Below are positions 10,734 through 18,339 of a stretch of 64,000 bases of DNA, in pieces (position 1 is the stretch's first letter; every line of letters begins with the position of its first letter). The stretch spans positions 146,105-210,104 of the forward strand of contig JACKKT010000006.1 in NCBI GenBank assembly GCA_024236295.1. Reading direction: 5' to 3'. The notes under the pieces were generated by a model, which searched no databases, was not told where the DNA came from, and worked only from the letters and a program-made list of their open reading frames with translations. Source of the DNA: Kordiimonadaceae bacterium. Lineage in GTDB: Bacteria; Pseudomonadota; Alphaproteobacteria; Sphingomonadales; Emcibacteraceae. The position numbers and the translations under genes were made by a program.

Positions 10734-10888
10734 TGCCTTTTACACATTCCATATAATTTACATAAAATTGGATTCTGTAGCTGTAAGCTTCTCTAAAATA
10801 CCGTTGACGAAGGTGCAAAGCTGCGTCAATCAAAACTAAAGCTGATTTAAATAAAATCAAATATATCGCCTCATAAAATAAACACGAA

Positions 10889-10914
10889 AATCCGCTTTGG
10901 GTCGTTTGGAGCCA
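10889..10914 (+). repeat. 26-bp palindromic site S4
   Basis: AATCCGCTTT-GGGTCG-TTTGGAGCCA, followed by CTCAT as in S2. Confidence 0.85.
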
Positions 10915-11141
10915 CTCATAAGGGCCTAGAACTGCCGAAAGTTATGACTATGCGCATGAACTCTTTAGGCCTTAGGTTCACACTTTCATGGGCTTAATAT
11001 TTTGTGTCAGTTTACGTTTAGAACAAAGATGGTAAAGTTCTGATTATGCGAACAATAAGACCACTCATAATTTGAATTTACAAAATGTTGCGACATAATG
11101 TTAAAGGTAGATTATAATATACATTTTTAAGGCTAGGATTA

Positions 11142-11666
11142 ATGTCTAAAGATAACAACAAATTGATTTTTAGAATAAACGGTAGAGAAACCATAAACGA
11201 ACATTACCGTTTTGACAAACCTCTACCTTCTCATGGCCTTGTCTTCCAAGAAATTTTTGACATTTGGAAAAAGTCCTTCAAAGGTACAAAATTCCCTTCT
11301 TACAAAGATATTAGATTTGAGAATTTGTTAGGGTGGCACTCAAACATTAAAATAACGTCGATTGGCAAGAATATTGATCAGGAAAAAAGAAACATAATAA
11401 TGGGCGAAAAATATCGGCAATATTGGGGCAATGATACTTTAGTGAATGAGATTGCAAAAGTCGAAGATGCAAAGGAGAGAAAAGCCTTATTGAAGCTTTA
11501 TAGCGGTATTTTAGGCAATCTTTATGCAAAACATTATCTTTTGAGCTACGGAAATTGTCCTAATAATGATGGAAGCTATAGTAAATTAAAATGGATAGAT
11601 TTACCGCTCGCTGACGATGGGGAAAATATAAGTCATATTTTATCTGCGGTGATGCCTATGAAATGA
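11142..11666 (+). CDS. Hypothetical protein, PAS_5/DUF1457-like
   Basis: 174 aa; W...FPSYKDIRFE and C-terminal WIDLPLADDGENISHIL resemble alphaproteobacterial stand-alone PAS proteins. Confidence 0.6.
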   Translation: MSKDNNKLIFRINGRETINEHYRFDKPLPSHGLVFQEIFDIWKKSFKGTKFPSYKDIRFENLLGWHSNIKITSIGKNIDQEKRNIIMGEKYRQYWGNDTLVNEIAKVEDAKERKALLKLYSGILGNLYAKHYLLSYGNCPNNDGSYSKLKWIDLPLADDGENISHILSAVMPMK

Positions 11667-11857
11667 GAGTTCAAAAAGTCGCTTATATTTATTCGTTACC
11701 AGCCCTGATAGCACGTTTCTTACTTTTCTATTTCTCGTCAAGCATCGCACTTCTTATGTGTTAAATAGATAGAATAGCAAAAGCAGGCTGACCAAAACCC
11801 TCCCCGAGCAATGGTTCATTAAGGTGTTACCAAGATGGAAATACCACAAACAGGGTA

Positions 11858-11883
11858 CGTCCGCTTTGGGTCGATAGCTGCCA
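11858..11883 (+). repeat. 26-bp palindromic site S5
   Basis: CGTCCGCTTT-GGGTCG-ATAGCTGCCA. Confidence 0.88.
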
Positions 11884-11965
11884 CACACAGAATGCTAAAA
11901 ATGAACACATGTGCCCATTTTTCTTGAAATCACTCCAATCTGTGCAAAATTGCACAAAATCTTAC

Positions 11966-11991
11966 TGACTGCTTCCGACCCAAAGGAGACA
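11966..11991 (-). repeat. 26-bp palindromic site S6
   Basis: Reverse complement reads TGTCTCCTTT-GGGTCG-GAAGCAGTCA. Confidence 0.88.
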
Positions 11992-12073
11992 CTCAGTTCC
12001 CATAAAATTGGATAAGCTCTAGACTTAGATTGACAGAAATAAACCTAATAGATAGGGTAATAGATATTATTAG

Positions 12074-13099
12074 TTGAGGAGCTTGGGGGGATTGAAAGTT
12101 TATTTTCCTTATTTTGACTACGTCAGGTTTATTGCGGCAAGTATTGTTATGCTTGGTCATAGTAAAATTATAACTATGCATGACAGCGGAGCGATTGCTG
12201 TTGATGTATTTTTTGCATTAAGTGGCTGGCTTATTGGGAGCATATTGCTCAATTTAAAAAAAGAAGATTTACCAAGATTTTATTTTAACCGTGCAGTCCG
12301 AATATGGATACCATATTTTGTTGCCTTAATCTTATTAATTTCTGTATCGCTTATAAAAGACACCATTACTCCAAAATGGATTGAAATAGTATTTTACAAA
12401 ATCACCTTCGTTTATAATATCTTTGGCACGCCACAACTTGCAGATTTTGTCCACCAAATGCCGCTTGATGGAACTGGCAATCATTATTGGAGCGTAAATG
12501 CAGAAGAACAATTTTATTTATTATCTCCGCTGTTATTAGTTGTTATAGGTAGATTTGGTAGAAGTCCTGTATTGTGGATTTTTCTATCTCTCGCAAGCTG
12601 GTATATGTACTTATATACGCCAATTTTTTTCGGAGTGACGGCGGCGGTATTGGTTAATCAATATGGCAAATTTTATACCCACCAACTTTGCAAATTGGCA
12701 TCTATCATTGCTATTTTGATTACAGTTTCGCTATTTTTGGAAGGGATAGATTACCGTATTATTTCACCGGTTTTTTCTATAGCTGTTATCCTGATTTTGG
12801 CAATTGAGGGCAACCCAAGCAAAATAGGAAAGTTTCTTGGTGGAATTTCTTATCCTTTATATTTAAATCATTGGATAGGTGTGTTTGCAGCAAATTTTCT
12901 GATGAAAGAAAGCGTTTTTAATCCTGCTTTTGCTATGCTTTCAAATTATCTTATCGTGGCAGTTATGTATATGGTGATAGACAAGCCTTGCTTGGCCGCA
13001 AGAAGTAAATTGTATAATGAAAACAGAGCAAAAATTATTACAACATTAGCTTATAGTATGGTCATTATTGGTATTGGGGGGGGATTGTATTTAAAATAG
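12074..13099 (+). CDS. Acyltransferase-3 family (OafA/YrhL-like) membrane O-acyltransferase
   Basis: FDYVRFIAASIVMLGH, AVDVFFALSGWLI, FYFNRAVRI, HYWSVNAEEQFY, LGGISYPLYLNH; the true start may be a few codons downstream. Confidence 0.9.
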   Translation: MRSLGGLKVYFPYFDYVRFIAASIVMLGHSKIITMHDSGAIAVDVFFALSGWLIGSILLNLKKEDLPRFYFNRAVRIWIPYFVALILLISVSLIKDTITPKWIEIVFYKITFVYNIFGTPQLADFVHQMPLDGTGNHYWSVNAEEQFYLLSPLLLVVIGRFGRSPVLWIFLSLASWYMYLYTPIFFGVTAAVLVNQYGKFYTHQLCKLASIIAILITVSLFLEGIDYRIISPVFSIAVILILAIEGNPSKIGKFLGGISYPLYLNHWIGVFAANFLMKESVFNPAFAMLSNYLIVAVMYMVIDKPCLAARSKLYNENRAKIITTLAYSMVIIGIGGGLYLK

Positions 13100-13110
13100 T
13101 TAATTCCGAC

Positions 13111-13136
13111 TGTCTGCTTTGGGTCGGAAGCAGTCA
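13111..13136 (+). repeat. 26-bp palindromic site S7
   Basis: TGTCTGCTTT-GGGTCG-GAAGCAGTCA; flanks CGAC/GTCG extend the symmetry; 11 bp after the acyltransferase stop. Confidence 0.9.
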
Positions 13137-13218
13137 GTCGAGCAAAGTCTCAAAATCATTAAAATTAATAACAAAATCTCAAAAATGAAAACGACTCGGA
13201 AAATAATAGCGTCCCGAG

Positions 13219-13244
13219 AGTCCGCTTTCGGCCATAAGCGGACG
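13219..13244 (-). repeat. 26-bp palindromic site S8 (variant spacer)
   Basis: AGTCCGCTTT-CGGCCA-TAAGCGGACG; the reverse-complement spacer TGGCCG matches GGGTCG at 4/6, so orientation is tentative. Confidence 0.75.
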
Positions 13245-13262
13245 GACAAATAATGGGAATAG

Positions 13263-14018
13263 TCACGAGTCTACTTCCAATTCGCTATCAAGTTCTTCCA
13301 AAAGTTCTTGCATTACCATTAATTGATTATGACCTCTCATAAGGTAAAACACATACGTAGTATCAATTATCATTAAATCATTGTGAAAGGATGGATTCTC
13401 TTTAATAGCTGTAAAATCACATTTATATTCCACTCCGCTATATAGTGAGAATAAAGACTGGTCAGTCACGACATCTTCCTGTCTGATATTATTTATTATT
13501 TTGATAATTTCAGGGTATTTTTCATTTAGACTTTCTCTTGTGTTTTGTTCGCCAATCAAATCATCTAATCCATAAATCGATCGGGCGTATAATGAAAATA
13601 AATATCGTATTTGATCATTTTGAAAATTTGCAATTTGACCACTGGATTGTATTTCCAATAACGCTTGCCTCTCTCGGGCAAAATTATTGATACGGTGAGA
13701 TTCACCAATAGCGGTGCAATGCTCCTTGGTTAGGACTATGTCAGGCTTTACTTCTGATAAATAATAGGCGACTTCATTTAATTTCTTTCTTGTCACCTCC
13801 CTTTGATCAAACAGTATTTTTACTGTTTCGATATTAACGGTAATATCCTTGCGCAGATTATCAAGATATACTAGCTCCTGCTTTCTCTCTGCCCGTTCCT
13901 CATAGGCTGCTTGAACCTGAAGGCCGAGAAAGATACCGACAATCACAATCAACACTTCAATAACAATTTGGAACCAATCCTGTCGCCTGATAGCTGCTGC
14001 CAGCTTTTGTAAAATCAT
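13263..14018 (-). CDS. Hypothetical membrane-anchored protein, DUF6090-like
   Basis: N-terminus AAIRRQDWFQIVIEVLIVIVGIFLGLQV followed by coiled coil (YLDNLRKDI); GGGGAGG RBS. Confidence 0.75.
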   Translation of the reverse strand: MILQKLAAAIRRQDWFQIVIEVLIVIVGIFLGLQVQAAYEERAERKQELVYLDNLRKDITVNIETVKILFDQREVTRKKLNEVAYYLSEVKPDIVLTKEHCTAIGESHRINNFARERQALLEIQSSGQIANFQNDQIRYLFSLYARSIYGLDDLIGEQNTRESLNEKYPEIIKIINNIRQEDVVTDQSLFSLYSGVEYKCDFTAIKENPSFHNDLMIIDTTYVFYLMRGHNQLMVMQELLEELDSELEVDS

Positions 14019-14088
14019 GTTAACCTCCCCTGAGATAAGGAGAGCTTATCTTATTCTATAATGGTGGTCAAAATCAAAGCACATCGAG

Positions 14089-14114
14089 TGTCCGCTTTGG
14101 GTCGATAGCAGACT
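14089..14114 (+). repeat. 26-bp palindromic site S9
   Basis: TGTCCGCTTT-GGGTCG-ATAGCAGACT with GAG/CTC flanks; 17 bp from the integrase stop codon. Confidence 0.9.
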
Positions 14115-14131
14115 CTCAACTATTACAGAAA

Positions 14132-15388
14132 TTAGCCATTGTTTTTGTTGGTAAGTTTAACAACATTGCTTCTATTGCCATTCAACGAACCGGCAATGGC
14201 ACCTGAAATTCGATCGGCTGCTGCACGGGCAGGATCGTCAGCAATATGTGCATATCTAGCGGTGGTTTTTGGGTCAGCATGACCTAGTAACTTTCCTACT
14301 ACTGGAAGCCCAAGTCCTGCCCCAGCCCCAACACTTGCAAAGGAATGACGTAGATCATGTAATCTTACGTCGTTTAATCCTGCAATCTTTCGGATACGTA
14401 ACCAGACCCTTGGCAATCCAACAAAAAATCCGTCATTTGTATAACTTGGAAAGACGTGCGGATTTCCATCTATAGGCACTATTTGATCAAGTAATTGCAA
14501 GGCTGGCTTTCCGAGCGGGACAATTTTCTGCCCTGTTTTTGAATCCTTTAGACGCAAACACCCAAAATCAAAATCCACTTCTTCCCAGGTGAGAGCAAGA
14601 ATTTCCATTTTTCGGCATCCGGTAAGAAGTAATAATCTAATCGCATCAAGTGCCAGTGGGTATTCACCTTCTTTTTCAGCCATTGCAAGCGCATCCCCTA
14701 AACGGACCATTTCCTCCGGTGATAAAAATCGCTCGCATTTCTTATCGGGATATCTTTTTACTCCCTTGACCGGATTATCTTTCCTGATACCTTCCTCAAT
14801 TGCAAATGACATGATGCCACCAAGCAAGCCAACTGTACGTGTTGCGGTTCCCTCGCCGCCTGATACACGAGCAAGTCCGTGCTTTCCTGTTTTTACATTT
14901 TTCGCTGTTTTTCCGCGTGCGACGTCACGTAAAAATTTCCTAACATCAGCAGAATTTAAATCCTTAACCTTTTTTCTTCCAAGCAATGGTTTGATATGTC
15001 GCTCAATCCGCCCTTTATCCGTGGCAATGGTGGAAACTTTCTTTGTGGTGCAACCATACGTCAGATAGTCGTCACAAAGCTCTGCAATGGTATTTGCCTT
15101 CTTTTCAAGCTGTTTTATGGCCTGTGGGTCTGTTCCCTTGGCAACCTTACCCAATATAGACTTAGCCTCTTTGCGGGCTTCCTCGGCCGATAAAGGGCCA
15201 TATTTGCCAATAGTATATCTCTTGGTCGGGTTTCCCCTTCCACCGGGCCGGTACTGAACAATAAATACCTTATTACCCGCGGGTGTAACCTTGAGGCCAA
15301 ATCCTTTTAATTCACCGTCCCAGATAAATTTATCTTTTTCTTCCGGTTTTAATTTATCTATTCCATTTTTGGTAATTTTCGAACCCAT
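14132..15388 (-). CDS. Tyrosine integrase with N-terminal arm-binding (DUF4102/P4-like) domain, 418 aa
   Basis: IWDGELKGFGLKV arm domain; catalytic TGCR, DSKTG, HDLRH, LLGH, TARY. Start moved to MGSK (ATG 15388, upstream AAAGGAAG) from the ORF-track start at 15439. Confidence 0.95.
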   Translation of the reverse strand: MGSKITKNGIDKLKPEEKDKFIWDGELKGFGLKVTPAGNKVFIVQYRPGGRGNPTKRYTIGKYGPLSAEEARKEAKSILGKVAKGTDPQAIKQLEKKANTIAELCDDYLTYGCTTKKVSTIATDKGRIERHIKPLLGRKKVKDLNSADVRKFLRDVARGKTAKNVKTGKHGLARVSGGEGTATRTVGLLGGIMSFAIEEGIRKDNPVKGVKRYPDKKCERFLSPEEMVRLGDALAMAEKEGEYPLALDAIRLLLLTGCRKMEILALTWEEVDFDFGCLRLKDSKTGQKIVPLGKPALQLLDQIVPIDGNPHVFPSYTNDGFFVGLPRVWLRIRKIAGLNDVRLHDLRHSFASVGAGAGLGLPVVGKLLGHADPKTTARYAHIADDPARAAADRISGAIAGSLNGNRSNVVKLTNKNNG

Positions 15389-15412
15389 CTGATTGCTTCC
15401 TTTTTGGATTGC

Positions 15413-15443
15413 TAGCAAGCACATAGCAAGCACCAGCAATCAC
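15413..15443 (+). repeat. Three tandem 10-bp direct repeats, probable integrase arm-type binding sites
   Basis: TAGCAAGCAC-A-TAGCAAGCAC-CAGCAATCAC between the integrase start and the att core. Confidence 0.65.
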
Positions 15444-15535
15444 ATTTAGTATATTTCACGGAAACAGTATACCACAAAATCTGTTATATTATCAATAGTT
15501 AGATTATATTAGGAAACACAAAGAAACATAGACAC

Positions 15536-15585
15536 CTGCCCTCCGAAGGCAGAGGTCATGGGTTCGAATCCCGTCGGGTGCGCCA
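15536..15585 (+). mobile_element. att site: duplicated 3' portion of tRNA-Arg(CCG), not a full tRNA
   Basis: CTGCC-CTCCGAA-GGCAG anticodon arm, AGGTC, ATGGG-TTCGAAT-CCCGT T arm, CGGGTGC-GCCA; the acceptor 5' strand and D arm are absent upstream. Confidence 0.88.
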
Positions 15586-15697
15586 ATTTTTAATGCTTCA
15601 AAAATTGCCCTATAGAAAGTCTCATCCATCCTCTTCAAAAAAGAGTCTTAAATCTGATATAATTCGCACGCGCGTTTGCAATAAAAGCATCAAATAA

Positions 15698-15726
15698 ATA
15701 TCACTTTTCTTTAAACGGCCTGTCAC
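15698..15726 (+). promoter_or_regulatory. Possible weak Pho box
   Basis: ATATCAC / CTTTAAA / CTGTCAC at 11-bp pitch upstream of the TonB receptor-phoD pair; only one good half-site. Confidence 0.35.
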
Positions 15727-15806
15727 AAATCAAGATCATATTCCCCCTGCCTGAACGGGCGAATGTCCAAAGAGGACAAAGTTAATTATTAAGGAATATA
15801 ATCAAA

Positions 15807-18248
15807 ATGGAAACTACACCTGAAAGACCAGAAATTCGGACATCAGAATTTTGGAAAAACCTGCTCTGCACCTCAGCAATAGTCGGTGTCATGATGGTTT
15901 CTCCGGCGCTTGCCGCAGATGAAGCCATAGAAAAAACCAATGAAGAACAGCCAATTCAGATCACTGCACAAGTTGCGACAGTAACAACTGCTGCTGCCGC
16001 CGAAGCCGCCGATGCGCCGGAAGAAGTGATCGTCGTTGTCGGAAAGCCGACGACATACGCCAACAACGCCACTGACAATGTGATGATCGAGCAGGAATCA
16101 ACAGCAGCAAGTGTCCTTTCCGTGATTGATAACCTTCCCGGTGTTAATATCAGCGAGGGCGGTACATTCGGTTCCGACGACTGGTCAACCACTGTCAACA
16201 TGCGTGGCTTTACCGTGGGGCTTAGTGAACAACAGATCGGCATGACCATTGACGGCCTGCCAAACGGAAATTCAAACTATGGCGGTGGTTCAAAAGCCAA
16301 CCGTTATATCGATTTTGAAAACCTTGCCCGTGCTGAAGTATCGCAGGGAACCAGTGATATTTCCTCCGCATCCCACGAGGCTCTTGGCGGAACAATCAAC
16401 TTTGTTACCAATAATCCGCTTGATGATCAGCGTCTTCGCGCCAGCCTCAGCATCGGTGACCATAATGCAAGACGTTATTATTTCCGTTATGACACAGGGC
16501 ATCTGACCGACAGCACCACTGCTTATTTAAGCTATTCCCGTCAGTCAAATGATGCCTGGATTGGCCTGGCCGGTGGCACGGAGCGCGATCATATCTCAGC
16601 AAAATTTGTGTCCGAACTGGACAACTGGACCATCACAGGCCGTTTTTCATGGGATGATACCAATGAAGATAACTTCCAGCGCATCAGTCTTGCCCAGTTT
16701 GAGGAAAACCCCGACTGGGACCGTTTGACCGACACTATTACCGGCATCCCTTATGTTGATCAGGCGTACCGTCCATCATGGTCAACACTTCGGAATAATT
16801 ATTTTACCTACCTTCGTGCGGCATATGAAGATGATGCCTTAAAAGCCACCATCACACCATACTATCATGTACAAAAAGGTCGTGGTGATTGGGTACCACA
16901 ATATATTGTCGACGTTGTCGGCGGCACAACTAGCATGCCATCAGGCGTCCGTGACCTCCATACCGGTCCGGACACCATTTATGGCGGATCATTCGGTGGT
17001 GCTTATTCGTTCGTTGATGCAATGGGAACTCCGCTTGCCCCGATTGATGGCTGCACAGCGCGTCTGACATTCCCCTATGGTGGCGGTGGCGCGGCCGATG
17101 ATCCGGCCTGTTACTCGGCGGATGCCAACCCGGCCAGTTCTTATCGTCATACCCACTATAACAAGCAGCGTATCGGCCTGACCGCCGACGCCCAATATGA
17201 AATCGCTGAAAATAACATTCTTCGTGGCGGTTTATGGTGGGAACGCGCCGACCGCGATGAAAGCCGCGACTGGCACCGTATTATTGACCCAAGAAGCTCG
17301 CACCAGTTTGATAATGCGGCCTACTGGCGTCAGTATGACCGTAACTTTATCACCAATACCTTCATGCTTTATGGTGAAGATACGCTGACCCTAGGTGATC
17401 TGACCCTTAATGGCGGTCTTCGTAAATTCTTCGTTGACCTGACCAGAAAGGATAATTTCGGGCTTGAGGCGGAATCCAAAGTTAATTCGGACTCAAAAAT
17501 TCTGTTCACTGCCGGCGCCATTTATGAAGCGACAGATGAAGTTGAGCTCTTCACCGGCTTTTCACAAAATTATGCCGCGATCAAGGATAATATTATTGAG
17601 GGAAGCGCTGCGATTGAAGGCGTGGACGGTGAAAAAGCCGATAACTATGACCTTGGCCTTCGCGTTCGTAATGACTGGATAAGGGCAAGTCTGACCGGTT
17701 ATTATATTAAATTCTCAAACCGGATTGTCGGTATTCCTGTCGGTGATATTTCCGGGATCGATTACGCCTCACAGATTGATACGGTTTATCAGAATGTCGG
17801 CGGTATCGACTCCAAAGGGATCGAAGCCAGCATTTCTGCCGATATAACCGACAGCTGGAACCTTTATTCATCGCTGACCGTCAATGACAGCAAATATAAC
17901 CAAACCATCGGTAACGTTACCAAGGATAAGAAAGTGGCACTTGCCCCTGAATTCCAGCTGGTGGGAACATTAAGCTATCAGAATGATGGTATCTTCGGCG
18001 GTGTATCAGCCAAACATATCGGCAAACGCTGGGGCGATTTTGCCAATACGGAACGCCTTCCATCTTCAACCATTGTTGATCTCTGGATCGGCTATGACAT
18101 TGAAATGCAGAACGGCCCAAGCAATATGCGCGTCTCGCTTAATGTCAATAACCTGATGGATAAAAGATATCTGGGCGGTGGTACACCCGGCGGATACTTT
18201 ATCGGAACAGGTCGTCAGGTGATGGCAAACATCACTTTCGACTACTAG
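15807..18248 (+). CDS. TonB-dependent receptor
   Basis: Signal peptide, TonB-box-like EEVIVVVG, plug NLPGVN...MRGF...IDGLP...AEVSQG, C-terminal LNVNNLMDKRY...GRQVMANITFDY. Confidence 0.95.
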   Translation: METTPERPEIRTSEFWKNLLCTSAIVGVMMVSPALAADEAIEKTNEEQPIQITAQVATVTTAAAAEAADAPEEVIVVVGKPTTYANNATDNVMIEQESTAASVLSVIDNLPGVNISEGGTFGSDDWSTTVNMRGFTVGLSEQQIGMTIDGLPNGNSNYGGGSKANRYIDFENLARAEVSQGTSDISSASHEALGGTINFVTNNPLDDQRLRASLSIGDHNARRYYFRYDTGHLTDSTTAYLSYSRQSNDAWIGLAGGTERDHISAKFVSELDNWTITGRFSWDDTNEDNFQRISLAQFEENPDWDRLTDTITGIPYVDQAYRPSWSTLRNNYFTYLRAAYEDDALKATITPYYHVQKGRGDWVPQYIVDVVGGTTSMPSGVRDLHTGPDTIYGGSFGGAYSFVDAMGTPLAPIDGCTARLTFPYGGGGAADDPACYSADANPASSYRHTHYNKQRIGLTADAQYEIAENNILRGGLWWERADRDESRDWHRIIDPRSSHQFDNAAYWRQYDRNFITNTFMLYGEDTLTLGDLTLNGGLRKFFVDLTRKDNFGLEAESKVNSDSKILFTAGAIYEATDEVELFTGFSQNYAAIKDNIIEGSAAIEGVDGEKADNYDLGLRVRNDWIRASLTGYYIKFSNRIVGIPVGDISGIDYASQIDTVYQNVGGIDSKGIEASISADITDSWNLYSSLTVNDSKYNQTIGNVTKDKKVALAPEFQLVGTLSYQNDGIFGGVSAKHIGKRWGDFANTERLPSSTIVDLWIGYDIEMQNGPSNMRVSLNVNNLMDKRYLGGGTPGGYFIGTGRQVMANITFDY

Positions 18249-18276
18249 GATAATAATAACTTAAGCTGTAAAACTT

Positions 18277-18308
18277 AGGGAAGCCCCGATTTCGGGCTTC
18301 CCTTTTTT
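18277..18308 (+). terminator. Rho-independent terminator-like hairpin
   Basis: AGGGAAGCCC...GGGCTTCCCT followed by a T run. Confidence 0.75.
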
Positions 18309-18339
18309 ACTTTCCCTTTTTTACATTAAGGACAGACAG

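Larger units (their letters stand above)
1..15585. mobile_element. Right part of a genomic island integrated at tRNA-Arg(CCG); left end not seen in window
   Basis: Integrase adjacent to the tRNA 3' fragment, AT-rich cargo to the left, composition shift to the right. Inclusion of the RTX gene is inferred from the absence of an intact tRNA copy in between. Confidence 0.75.

Noticed and set aside
11036-11070. Possible tenth degenerate site ending in CCACTCATAA, as after S4
   Set aside because: Spacer and left arm do not match; too weak to count.
4687-14114. The 26-bp repeats as a CRISPR array, integron attC sites or Xer dif sites
   Set aside because: Spacing ranges from 9 bp to kilobases with mixed orientation and no cas genes; no RYYYAAC...GTTRRRY ends; the integrase is arm-domain type, not IntI; arms do not match the XerD arm TTATGTTAAAT.
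4687-14114. The 26-bp repeats as simple terminators
   Set aside because: No T tails, several stems are poorly paired, copies occur upstream as well as downstream of genes, and the loop is more conserved than the stem.
15389-15439. 17-codon N-terminal extension of the integrase in the ORF track
   Set aside because: It runs through the arm-type repeats; the downstream ATG has an RBS and starts at the domain boundary.
15536-15552. Similarity of the att core CTGCCCTCCGAAGGCAG to the cassette site (CTGCTTCCGACCCAAAGCAG)
   Set aside because: CTGC-to-GCAG spacing is 9 versus 12 nt, so this does not show that one enzyme uses both sites.
15536-15585. Functional tRNA-Arg gene
   Set aside because: The acceptor 5' strand and D arm are missing; treated as an att duplication.
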